Both the position numbers and the translations under genes were made by a program. This document shows, piece after piece, positions 1 through 12,645 of a stretch of 64,000 nucleotides of DNA. The notes under the pieces were generated by a model. The model made no database searches, had not been told where the DNA came from, and worked only from the letters and a program-made list of their open reading frames with translations. Position 1 is the first letter of the stretch; every line of letters starts with the position of its first letter. Source of the stretch: Eledone cirrhosa (lineage: Eukaryota); NCBI GenBank assembly GCA_964016885.1, contig OZ024755.1:24738001-24802000 (forward strand), in the 5' to 3' direction.

Positions 1-143
1 TATATTTTTTATATTTTGCTGTTAATAGGAACTTACAGGTCCTATTTATATATATATATATACTGATATATATTTTTTATATTTTGCTATTAATAGGAAC
101 CTGTAGGTTCCTATTAACAACAAAATATAAAAAATATATATCA

Positions 144-185
<42 letters not shown>

Positions 186-313
186 TGATATATATTTTTT
201 ATATTTAGCTGTTAATAGAAACCTACACACCTGTTGAATTTAACTTCAAATTATTATAAACTCCCAGTCAGTTAGTTACCAACAGGATGGTTCTTCTGTT
301 GTTGGATGTGATC

Positions 314-348
314 AAAGCTCTTCGTCACACATTCTGTGACCTCCTCAG
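314..348 (-). ncRNA. Hammerhead ribozyme-like core (Penelope-like element type)
   Basis: Minus strand reads CTGAGGA-G-GTCACA(GAATG)TGTGAC-GAAG-AGCT: perfect 6-bp stem II, one deviation from GAAA. Homologous element at about 59350-59510. Confidence 0.55.
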
Positions 349-408
349 TAACTACCTTTGTTACTATTTTGTGTCTCTTCTTTGTTGTCCCGCACCATCT
401 TGTTTGTC

Positions 409-440
<32 letters not shown>

Positions 441-544
441 AGTACGTTAATCCGGGTTGAATCGGAGGTAACCACAGTAAGTAAGGTACTCAATACATTG
501 CAGAGTATAACAGTTTTAATATAGATGAGATTCTACAGGACTAG

Positions 545-572
545 AACTGTTTCATTCTTTAGAAATCATCAG
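545..572 (-). ncRNA. Degenerate hammerhead-like core
   Basis: Minus strand reads CTGATGA-TTTC(TAAA)GAAT-GAAACAGTT; stem II is weak. Confidence 0.35.
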
Positions 573-585
573 GAAAATAACAGGT

Positions 586-619
<34 letters not shown>

Positions 620-703
620 ACCTGTTATTTTTATCTAAAGACATTTTTTTTCTATTCCAACCCACCCGTCCCCTCAATCTATCTTATTTCTCATTCTTTT
701 TTT

Positions 704-735
704 CTGATGAAGGACTAGCGTCCGAAACGTTAAGA
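704..735 (+). ncRNA. Minimal hammerhead ribozyme-like core
   Basis: CTGATGA-A-GGAC(TAGC)GTCC-GAAACGTT: both conserved boxes, 4-bp stem II, palindromic AACGTT in place of stem III. Confidence 0.65.
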
Positions 736-834
736 CCCTCTTCCTGCTATATCAAGTGTTAACCTAATATATCCCTCCCATATACTGTACCGATTGTGTT
801 GTTATTTCTGTTTACCTTTTACACACACACACAC

Positions 835-895
<61 letters not shown>

Positions 896-922
896 TATAT
901 ATATACACACACACACACACAC

Positions 923-997
<75 letters not shown>

Positions 998-1018
998 CAC
1001 ACATATATATGTATATAT

Positions 1019-1081
<63 letters not shown>

Positions 1082-1253
1082 ACAGGATTGGCTGAAATGT
1101 TAAAATGTCAGATTGAATGCTTTGCGCTATTCGTTACGGTTCTCTACTCTCTGAGTTCAAACCCCGCCAAGATCAAATTTACCTTTCTTCCTTTCCAGTT
1201 CGATAAAAATCGCACCTGTCTAGTTCTGGGGTCGATTCTTGCTCCCCCTCCCC

Positions 1254-1291
<38 letters not shown>

Positions 1292-2644
1292 TCACTCTTT
1301 ATTCTTCTCCGGAAGAAATCTGCCGTAATCAGAGCTGAAAGAGGGTGGACTCCGCCAGGCTTAAATCACTACGGCGCCCCTACAGTTCCACCATGAACTC
1401 CGGGGCCATGCCATAGCATGCCACACACACACACATATATATATATATACACACATATACACATACATATGTATACATATATATTTATATATATATGCAC
1501 ACACACATATATTATATATATATATATATATAAAGAGGGTGTGGTTAGATACCAGTTGGACCATAACGCACCAGACTACTCAATACTTAGGGTAGCAGAG
1601 TGGGTAATAGGAAAAGAGTCAGGACCCCGACGGCTGAGCTCTGGTGGCTTAGTTCGGATCTAGCTGTCGAAACGACCGGAGCTCAGCCGTCGGGGTCCTG
1701 ACTCTTTTCCTATATATATATATATATATATAATACCTACATATTTGCTTACAGTGTTCCTTACTATTAATTTTTAAAATGAAAGTTTGATACATAGGAA
1801 AGGAAAGAACCCATTCGTCAGATCGAACCAAAGAATCGATATTTCTGTTGGTCTTCCCATTGCTGATTCTATCCGCTTGCCACATCTCCTGGCTGAAGGA
1901 TCGAACGTTAACTAAAAGTATTTTGATCAAGGCCATAACGTGCAGCTAGTTCAAGGAACTGAACGAACACCCTAACACCTAAGTCGCACCCCTAAAGGCA
2001 GCTTATGTTTTGAAATATGCGAGGATTGTCTTGTTTCGTTGAATTTTTTTCCGACTCGTCACATTCAGACCATTAACTAAATAACTATGAGCAGAATAAA
2101 TAATAATGGTTTCTGTTTCAGGTACAAGGCCAGAAATTTTGGAGAAGGAGATGGTCGATTAAATCGACCCCGGTGTCTGAATGGTACTTTATTTTTTCGA
2201 CCCCGCAAGGATGAGATGCTAAGTTAACCACGGCGGGATTTGAACTCAGATCGTAAGGGGACGGAACTACATGTCACATAAGTTGATTAAATAATCATTT
2301 CTACCATAGGCACAAGGGCAGCAATTTAGGGAGAGGAAAGTCAATTTAATCGGCCCCAGTGTGTGAGTGGTACATTATTTTATCGCCCCCGTAAGGGTGA
2401 TGCAAGCCCTCGGCAGGATTTGAACTCAGATCGTAAGGGTACGGAATTATATGTCACATAAATAGAATAAATAATCATTTCTACTATAGGCACAAGGCTA
2501 GCAATTGGGGGAGAGGGGAAAGTCGATTAAATCGACTCCAGTGTCTGAGTAGTACTTTATTTTATCGACCCTTTGCGGGATTTGAACTCAGATCGTAAAG
2601 GGACGGAACTACTTGTCACAGAAGTAAAATAATTAATAACTTAC

Positions 2645-2850
2645 CTATACTGGCGTGTATGCTCCGTACTGTATTACCAAATGTCTCCTTCTGTAGTAGA
2701 CCATCCCTATATCGTTCGTATAATTCCATCATATAACGGGGTGGCCTCGTCACTTCTTCACTATTTCTTAAATAATCACTGTTTTTGTCATACTTCACCG
2801 CAAACGATGACGATGACGATGAAGACGATGACGACGACGACGACGACGAC

Positions 2851-2882
<32 letters not shown>

Positions 2883-3335
2883 CAATGGCAACGTCAATGA
2901 TGACAAAGGTGGGCCCATGTATCGATGTCTGGGACTCAGTAAGATCTTCATCGATTCTTTCAACATAGCAGTGTGGAGGTCGGCTCGATGGGCATAGAAG
3001 TTGTGCTCCGAGGGAAAATCTTCGTCGTCTTCCACGCTATTATTATTGCTGTTGTTGTTTTGCTGGTCATTAAATTGGTCATCGCTATTATTGTTATCGC
3101 TATTATCGTGGTCATTGTCATTGTTGTTGTTGTTGTTGTGATGATGTTGATGTTGATGATGCTGATGTTGATGTTGTTGATGCTGATGTTGATGTTGTTG
3201 ATGCTGATGTTGGTGTTGGTGAGGGTGATGCTGGTGGTGGATCCGACATAACGCACCTTTAATTAATAACGACCAGCTTGTCAGTAAGATCAAAGCAACG
3301 AAAGGAGTCCACAGGTGTGATTTTAGGGCTTTCAT
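2645..3335 (-). CDS. First coding exon of a TGF-beta superfamily (BMP/GDF-like) ligand: signal peptide and start of the prodomain; downstream exons lie outside the window
   Basis: ATG at 3335. Hydrophobic leader MKALKSHLWTPFVALILLTSWSLLIKGALC, then His/Gln, Asn and Ser runs, then RPPRYMMELYERY...GNTVRSIHA, matching the BMP-family prodomain motif PxYMxxLY...NTVRS. Ends at a phase-1 G|GTAAGT donor (2645/2644), where BMP2/4-type genes have an intron. Subfamily cannot be assigned without the mature domain. Confidence 0.8.
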
Positions 3336-3557
3336 CCTTGCAGTATAAATGTCCTTCTGGTAGACAGAGAAATCCGAGAGAATGGACGTACGCGCGTTTA
3401 CGCGTGTGTGTTTATGTCCATATAAGATTATATATATATTGCGTGTGTGTTTTTGTAGTTATGTATGAACCTGTCTGTAGATTCTTGCGTGTTTACATGT
3501 ATTACATGTATAAATATATATACAGGCGTGTTTATATATTAATAATATTTATGCATG

Positions 3558-3604
<47 letters not shown>

Positions 3605-3937
3605 CTATGCATGTGTGTGTGCGTGTATCTGTATGTGTGTGTGTGTTTACTAGATATATATAAATGTGTATATATGTGCGCGAGTATGTATGAATAAATT
3701 TATATACTTGCTTGTTTACTAGTTATGTATGAATATCCTCGCATGTTTACATATGTATATGAAAAGATCTATGGTATATATAGATAGTTATATATATATA
3801 TATATAGAGAGAGAGAGTTATATGTTGCACAAGTATGAAGAAATGAAATCTTTCACGGAACCCATAAGGAACGGGTAGTTAGCGTGGCTTGTTGCAACGT
3901 CGAGTGAATGGTAAATGAATCTTCTGCTCCTGGGCAG

Positions 3938-3985
<48 letters not shown>

Positions 3986-4089
3986 GGGAGCGCAAGAGAG
4001 ACTGAGATAGATATATATAGTCCGATACACGCGCTTGCACCCGCTAAAAGCACAGACTCATACTGAATGGAGAGAGTCAAGACGAACCT

Positions 4090-5443
4090 TGAATGTGCTA
4101 GCGGCGGCGGTGGTGCTGGTGCTGGTGCTGGTGCTGGTGATGGTGGTGGACAGTGAGAGTTGGATAGCGGTGATGGACAGTGGTGATGGCAATGGTGGGG
4201 AAGTAATAGTGGCGGTGTGTGTGTGTGACGGTAGGAGGGGAGGGGTATAGTGATGGTAGTGGCGAGTATTGGTGGAATTAGTGTGTGTGTGTGTGTATTA
4301 TTGTTATCGGTGGTGGTGGTGGAACTAGTGTGTGTGTGTTTTGTTGTTATTGGTGGTGGTGGTGGTGGTGGTGATGATGGACAGTGTTGATGGGCGTGGT
4401 GGGGGAGTAATAGTGGCGGAGGGAGGGGGTTAGTGATGGTAGTGCGAGTAGTGGTGGTGGAACTAGTGTGTGTGTTTTGTTGTTATTGGTGGTGGTAGTG
4501 ACGATGGTGGTGGTGGTGGAGTAGTGGTGGTGGTGACGATAGTGGTGGTGGTGGTGGTTGTGGTGACGGTGGTGGTGGTGGTGGTGGTGGAGTAATGGTG
4601 GTGGTAATGACGACGGCGACGACGGTTGTAGAAGTGAAGGGTGTTTGAGGAGAAAAACAAAGAAGAAATAGTAAGAGAGAGGGAGAGACAGAGAATGGGA
4701 TAGAAAGAGAGGTAAGAGGATAGACAGTGGGGGGGGGGGTAAATAAAGAGGATAGGGAAGAAAGGGGAGACAAAAAAGAAAGGAGGATAGAGAGAAGGGG
4801 GGGATTAGAAGTGGAGAAAACATAGAGGTTGAAAGATAGAGAGTGAAAGATTGAGAGAAGGAAAGGGAGAGAGGGGGGAAGATAAGGAGAGATAGAGAGA
4901 ACGGGGAAGATAGAGAGAGAAGGGATAGAGATAGGAGGAAGGATAAAGAGAAGAGATAGAGAGAGAAGAGATAGAGAAAGAGAAGATAGAGAGAGATAGA
5001 GAAGATAGATAGATAGAGAGAGAAAAGATAGAGAGAGGAGGAAAAATAAGGTGGCAAAGATAGAGAAGAGAGAGAGAGTGGGAAAGAAAGAGAGGGAGAG
5101 AGAGAAGGAGATAGAGAGAGTGAGGAAGGGGGGGGGGGGGGGGTAATAAAGAAAAAAAGAATGAAAGGGGAATAAAGGAGGGAGGGGTGTAAACTTTTTA
5201 AAGCTTGATGCCGCTGTTGTAATATTAGTTGTAGTAGTAGTGATAGTGTAGTAGTAGTGGTGGTAGTAGTGGTAGTATAGTAGTAGTGGTGGTAGTAGTA
5301 GTAATAGTGGTGGTGGTGGTAGTGTAGTAGTAGTAGTAGTAGTAGTATTGGTGGTGGTGGTGGTGGTGGTGGTGGTGGTAGTAGTGGTGGTGGTAGTGGT
5401 GGTGGTAGTGTGGTAGTGTAATAGTAGTGATGGTGGTGGTAGT

Positions 5444-5481
<38 letters not shown>

Positions 5482-5562
5482 TGTGGTGGTAGTAGTAGAA
5501 GTGGTAGTGGTGGTGGTAGTGTGGTAGTGAAATAGTAGTGATGGTAGTAGTAGTAGTAGTGT
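4090..5562 (+). repeat. Compound (GGT)n/(AGT)n/GA-rich low-complexity block
   Basis: Strongly G/A-rich plus strand; source of the poly-His/Thr/Tyr ORFs. Confidence 0.92.
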
Positions 5563-5564
5563 GA

Positions 5565-7160
5565 AAGGTGCGTGGTTTAGTCCTTACCGTAATCATTCGA
5601 TTCACGATGGTAGTGAGTTCGATTTCAGAACTGGGTGATACGTTTTGTCCACCGTGTCCTTAAGCAAGACACTTTATTTCACGTTGCTCCAGTCCACTGT
5701 AGCCTTGAGCAAGACACTTTATTTCATATTGCTCCAGTCCACTGTAGCCTTGAGCAAGACACTTTATTTCACGTTGCTCCAGTCCACTGTAGCCTTGAGC
5801 AAGACACTTTATTTCACGTTGCTCCAGTCCACTGTAGCCTTGAGCAAGACACTTTATTTCACGTTGCTCCAGTCCACTGTAGCCTTAAGCAAGACGCTTT
5901 ATGTCATGTTGGTCCAGTCCACTGTGTCCTTAAGCAAGACACTTTATTTCATGTTGCTCCAGTCCACTGTAGCCTTGAGCAAGACACTTTATTTCATGTT
6001 GCTCCAGTCCACTGTGTCCTTAAGCAAGACACTTTATTTCATGTTGGTCCAGTCCACTGTGTCCTTAAGCAAGACACTTTATTTCATGTTGCTCCAGTCC
6101 ACTGTGTCCTTAAGCAAGACACTTTATTTCACGTTGCTCCAGTCCACTGTGTCCTTAAGCAAGACACTTTATTTCACGTTGCTCCAGTCCACTGTGTCCT
6201 TAAGCAAGACACTTTATTTCACGTTGCTCCAGTCCACTGTAGCCTTGAGCAAGACACTTTATTTCACGTTGCTCCAGTCCACTATAGCCTTGAGCAAGAC
6301 ACTTTATTTCATGTTGCTCCAGTCCACTGTGTCCTTAAGCAAGACACTTTATTTCACGTTGCTCCAGTCCACTGTGTCCTTGAGCAAGACACTTTATTTC
6401 ACGTTGCTCCAGTCCACTGTGTCCTTAAGGTAAGCACTTTATTTCACGTTGCTCCAGTCCACTGTGTCCTTAAGGTAAGCACTTTATTTCACGTTGCTCC
6501 AGTCCACTGTGTCCTTGAGTCAGGCACTTTATTTCACGTTGCTCCAGTCCACTGTGTCCTTAAGCAAGACACTTTATTTCATGTTGCTCCAGTCCACTGT
6601 GTCCTTAAGCAAGACACTTTATTTCATGATGCTCCAGTCGGCTGTGTCCTTAAGGTAAGCACTTTATTTCACGTTGCTCCAGTCCACTGTGTCCTTAAGC
6701 AAGACACTTTATTTCACGTTGCTCCAGTCCACTGTGTCCTTGAGTAAGACACTTTATTTCACGTTGCTCCAGTCCACTGTCCTTCAGCAAGACACTTTAT
6801 TTCACGTTGCCCCAGTCCCCTGTGTCCTTAAGCAAAGCATTTTATTTCACGTTGCTCCAGTCCACTGTGTCCTTCAGCAAGACACTTTATTTCACGTTGC
6901 TCCATTCCCCTGTGTCCTTAAGCAAGACACCTTATTTCACGTTGCTCCAGTCCACTATGTCCTTGAGCAAGACACTTTATTTCACATTACTCCAGTTCAC
7001 TCAGCTGGAAAAATTAGTTTTACCTGTAATTCAAAGGACCAGTCAACCTTGTCAAACGTAACTTTGGGATGCTTGACCACTTGCACACGAATTTCACGAG
7101 CAGGCTGTTCCGTTGATCGAATCAACTGGAACACTCATCCTCGTAACTGACGGAGTTCCA
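5565..7160 (+). mobile_element. tRNA-derived SINE with an internally amplified 45-bp unit
   Basis: Head with A-box/B-box-like sequence (gtggtttagt...gagttcgatttc) at 5570-5630, array, then tail 7000-7160. A similar element lies at 50310-50990. Confidence 0.75.
5648..7000 (+). repeat. 45-bp tandem array, about 30 copies
   Basis: Unit gtccactgtgtccttaagcaagacactttatttcacgttgctcca. Confidence 0.97.
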
Positions 7161-8128
7161 AAATGTATACACACATACATACGACCATTCTTTTAGGCAC
7201 GAGAGAGGGGAAAGTCGATTAAATCGATCCCAGTGCATTACTGGTACTTTATTTTATCGACTCTGTAAGGATGAAAAGCAAATCTAACCTCGGCGGAATT
7301 TGAACTCAGAACGTAAAGGGTCGAACTCTGTGCTGCCAAGCATGTTGCTCGACGCTCTACCGATACTATCGCTCCCTTATATTGATAATGATTGTTTCTA
7401 TTTTTGTTACAAGGCCAGCAATTATCCTAGTGCATTACTGGTACTTTATTTTATCGACCCAGTAAGGATGAAAGGCAAAGCTAATCTCGGCGGGATCTGA
7501 ACTCATACCGTAAAGGGATGTAACTCTATGCTGCAAAGCATGGCGTCCGACCCTCTGCCGATACTGTCAATCTACCGCCCTTATATTGATAATAATGATT
7601 TATTCATTTCCTCCTAGCAAAAGTCAATAGATAATTCGATGGATATCAATTATCGATCTTGACAATTGCTCTCTTTTTGTCGGACCGCTAATTCATAGTA
7701 AATGTAGAGAGAGAGAGAGAGAGAGATACAGTAGTAATAAGTAAAACAAACTCCAAGGTGTTAATATGCATAAGGTAAGTATATACGTTCAACAATCTGG
7801 CAGGAAGGTATACGTTGCTGACAATAGCTAATAAGCTTGAAACTAGTACAGCGTTCCTTTGTCAGTGTTGAACAAACGAGCAACGATGGTTGCTGGACAC
7901 TACGGCTTAATACGGGATGTTTGTTTACAAACACACCGAGCATTATAATAAATGTTCGGTGCATCCATACGTACATATATATATATATGTGTGCATGTAT
8001 GTATATATATATATATATACATACTACTGTACGTCTGTATACATATATGTATGTACGTGTACATACTTATATTTAAGTAACAGCCGTACTAAGAGTGGGA
8101 AATGAAATTTCGTTTCATTTTTTCCGTT

Positions 8129-8207
<79 letters not shown>

Positions 8208-8223
8208 CTCTGTTCATTTATTC

Positions 8224-8301
<78 letters not shown>

Positions 8302-8464
8302 CTCTGTTCATTTATTCAACTATATATATATATATATACTTTTCAAGATGGCCGACTGAATATACACGTAAGTTTTTATTTTCCCCAATTTCTTTTCGTT
8401 TTCCCCGTTCCTTCCTTTCATCATTCTTTACTTTCTATTTATCTTTTATTTTTAACTCTATTTT

Positions 8465-8495
8465 CTGATGAAGAACTAATATCCGAAACGTTAAG
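8465..8495 (+). ncRNA. Hammerhead-like core, second copy of the 704 family (stem II decayed)
   Basis: CTGATGAAGAACTAATATCCGAAACGTTAAG followed by the same downstream tail (ctcttcctgctat.tcaag). Confidence 0.5.
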
Positions 8496-9849
8496 CCACT
8501 CTTCCTGCTATTTCAAGCGTTAAACTAATATGTTTCTTCCATGTACTGTACTGTAATTTTTTTTTTGTTATTTCTGCTTACCTTTTCACACACACACACA
8601 CACATACGTACTCACAAACACACACGTACATATACGTACACATACGTACACATACGTACACAAACACACACACGAACAAGTACACACACACACACACGTA
8701 CACACACATACGTACACACACATACGTACACACACACACACACACACACTTTTAGGCATCGCTCTTTATGTATGTCGTTTATTCTTTTAATGGTTTCCGT
8801 CATTAGACTGCGGCCATGCTGTGACACTACCATCATTTATTTGATCATATCGATCTCTTTTTGTCAAAACGCTAAGTTAAGGAAGATAAACTCAGACGCT
8901 GACGCATACATACATAGGTACATACATACAAGTATACATAGGTACATACATACATAGGTGCATACATACATGCACATACATACATAGAATCATACATACA
9001 TAGTGGCTGCCAACTCGTTTTCGAGTACGGCCACTACTTTATATCCATGTAGGAGAACCCCTACTGATGCGCTGAACGAGTGTGACTTTTTAGTCCAGCC
9101 AGCGACTTGAAAACTCTGGTACAAACATTTCACTTGTGACAATTACTGACACATAGTGCTGGGCCCATTATACCCTGTGATGACAAGTGCAGAGAGATCT
9201 CCAGATATAAAGCAATGCCTGTGCCGTGAAGCTTTTATAGTGAGCAAAGGCACTGCACAAAGCCAGTCCCACTCTCTTAACCAAGATGATATTTACCAAA
9301 AAGAAGAATAAGTCAACATCATTGGATACCATCAGGGTTGGAGGTGTTATATCAGAGTGTGCCTTCTCCTAGAATTCTGCCTTAACAAAGGCTAAGGGGT
9401 CATCTCTCCCGGTGATTTTGGATGGCCATTGTCTCTTAAGGGCTCCTTTGCCCTTTGACAGGTTTTGTTTTTAGTCCTGCAGAATGTCCAAAGTCATCAT
9501 CCTCAGCAAGAAACCTTGGTGGGGAATACATACATACATACATACATACACACATGTACATACATACATATAGATACATACGTACATACAAGCGTACATA
9601 CATACATACGTACATACGTACGTAGATGCATACATACATATATACACATACGTACATACATATATAGACACATACGTACATACATACATACGTACATACA
9701 TACGTATATACACATACGTACATAGATATATATAGACACATACGTACGTACATACATACATACACACATACATAGATGCATACATAAACATACATACATA
9801 CATACATACATACATACATACATACATACATACATACATACATACAGAT

Positions 9850-10865
9850 ATGTTAGAACTCGCATACTTCTCAGTGTTACTGGGAACTTTTACATCAATG
9901 GTGATGTGGATAGGCTATACTTCTCACGCAAGGAAGGTGGCCGGGGTCTAAAATCAATATTAACAACATATGAGACCCGGATAGTAACACTGAAGCAACA
10001 CCTTCAACAGAGGAAAAAGGTTGGCAACCATCTTGCACAGGTTTATGAGCATGAAAAAAAAATATCATTAGAATAGTGACTGATCTGGAGGAGAGATATG
10101 GAATAAAGCCTGATATAAATCTCTCACCCAGAGAAATCGGAAGATCCTATTCAATGTTCAAACAAGATAAAAAAATTGACCAATTTACAGAAAAAGTTGT
10201 GTATGGATACTTGAGACGTAAAACACAGACCATAGAGGGGATAAACCACTCAAAAAGCCTGGCATGGAGTTCCGACAAGTTTATGACATCACACCTTGAG
10301 GGATATCTCTATGCAATACAGGAACAAGAACTCCCTACCAAATATCTTCTGCACAAAGAGGAGGGCCATCAGCTGACAATAAATGTAGGCTATGTAAAAC
10401 AAAGATCGAGGATGTAAGCCACATTGTTGCCAGCTGCGAAAGAATGTCATCTCGCTACTACCTCCCCATGAGACACGATGGGAGAGCTAGAACCATCTGG
10501 AACGCACTTCGGAAAACAAAATTAACAACAAACGAGGAAGAATATATTGAGACAGATGACACTAAGGAATACTGGTGGAACCTGAAAATAAAAACTGCCA
10601 CCAAATTAAAGCACAACCAGCCTGATATTGTTATTTGGGACCACGCATTGAAAACGTCATACCCATCATTATTGGAGCTACGGGTTATATACCAACCCGC
10701 TTGGACCAAAGTATGACTGAACTTGGATTTGCGCAGCTCCCTAATTCATAGTCTACAAATGGCTGCGATAGCTGGCACCTTCAAAATTTGCAAAATATTC
10801 ATGCGATTCAAGGGATGACAATTTATTTTCTTTTACAACCTTGCCACCAGGAAGGTGGCCGGTAA
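9850..10865 (+). mobile_element. Degenerate 3' part of an R4/Dong-like non-LTR retrotransposon (restriction-like endonuclease)
   Basis: Frameshifted motifs LYFSRKEGGRGL, AIQEQELPT, CRLC...HIVASC (zinc knuckle), RHD, KHNQPDIVIWD; flanked by (TACA)n on both sides. Confidence 0.75.
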
Positions 10866-11267
10866 AAAAAAAATACTCGAAATTAAGAGAAAGAGATAAC
10901 ATACATACATGCGTACATACATATATATAGACACATACGTACATACATACATATGTACGTACATACATACATACACACATACATAGATGCATACATAAAC
11001 ACACATACATACTTACATACATACATATGTACATACATATATATATCCACAGAGTTTGTACAGTTTCCCTTCTACTGAAATCCACAGACACGGATTGGTG
11101 AAGTGGTGGCTATAGTGGGAGACATTAGCATAAAATGCTGCACAGCGGGGCTGCACCCTAAACCACGTGGCTGCACCCTAAACCACGTGGCTGCCAATCA
11201 AATTCTTTAACAACATAACAATTGGTCTATTTTACTAACCCAACTCCCACTTTCCACGCCCCCCCCC

Positions 11268-11878
11268 CCACACACATACTCACACACGCACACTCACACA
11301 CACACACACAGACACACACAAACACACACTGACACACACACCCACACAGACACGCACACACAGCAACACCGACACGTGCAGACGCACATGCCACACACAC
11401 AGGCACATGAACACACACCGACACGCACACACAGACACACACATCGACACAAACACACGCAATGATACACGCACACACACGTACAGACACACACCGACAC
11501 ACGTACAGACATACACACGTAGACACACACCGACACACACACACACACGTACAGACACACACCGACACACATACACACCCACACACACCGACACACAAAA
11601 ACACACACGTACAGACACACACCGACACACACAAACACACACACACACGTACAGACACACACCGACACACACAAACCCACAGGTACAGACACACACCGAC
11701 ACACACAAAGACACACACTGACACACACACGTACAGACACACACACACGCACAGACACACACACCGACACACACAGACGCACACACACACACCAACACAC
11801 AGACGCACACACACCGACACACACAGACGCACACACACACACACAGACACAAACCGACACATACATATATACACACCA
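11268..11878 (+). repeat. (CA)-based compound microsatellite
   Basis: Recurrent cacgtacagacacacaccgacacac. Confidence 0.92.
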
Positions 11879-12019
11879 GTTCACACAATAACAACTAACA
11901 CATCTTACAACCTCACATATCAATTCTTATCTTCCTTTCTTCCCCCTCTCTCTATCTATTATACAATCTCTCACACTTCATCTCTTTTCTCTCCTTCATC
12001 ATTTGCCTCCTTCCTCTTT

Positions 12020-12645
12020 CGTCACATAAACCTCTCCCACTTTTCATATCCCCCTCTCTCACACACACACATAAACCTCTCCCACTTTTCATATCCCCCC
12101 CCCTCTCACACACACACATAAACCCCTCCCACTTTTCATATCATTCTCTCTCTCACACATACACACACGCATATAAACCACTCCCACTTTTCATATCCCC
12201 CTCTCTCTCTCACACACACACACACACATAAACCCCTCCCACTTTTCATATCATTCTCTCTCTCTCACACACACATAAACCCCTCCCACTTTTCATATCT
12301 AATCACTACCTCCCCCATCCCTCCCATACACACACAAACCCCTCCCACTTTCATATCTAATCACTAACTACCCCCCTCTCTCTCACACACACATAAACTC
12401 TTCCCACTTTTCATATCTAATCACTAACTCCCTATCTCATCTGCCTGTCAGTCTCTCTCTTTCTCCCACATAAACCCCTCCCACTTTTCATATCTTATCT
12501 CTACCCCCCCCCCCCCCTCACACAAATCGCTCCCACTTTTCATATCTAATCACTAACTCCTCCTCTCTTGCCCACACATAAACCCTATTCCCCCCCCCAC
12601 TTCATCATTCGTCACATAAACCTCTCCCACTTTTCATATCCCCGC
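12020..12645 (+). repeat. Minisatellite with core cacataaacccctcccacttttcatatc
   Basis: More than ten diverged copies separated by CT/CA runs. Confidence 0.85.

Noticed and set aside
4347-5605. Poly-His/Thr/Tyr/Leu-Ser ORFs
   Set aside because: Low-complexity triplet and GA repeats with no domain motif or convincing splice signals.
5635-6747. 370-aa His/Cys-containing repeat ORF (DTLFHVAPVHCVLKQ)n
   Set aside because: Translation of a 45-bp SINE-derived array; open only because the unit is a multiple of 3. Non-ATG start, and the frame breaks near 6747-6780.
11227-12121. Cys-Val and His-Thr repeat ORFs
   Set aside because: Translations of a (CA)n compound microsatellite.
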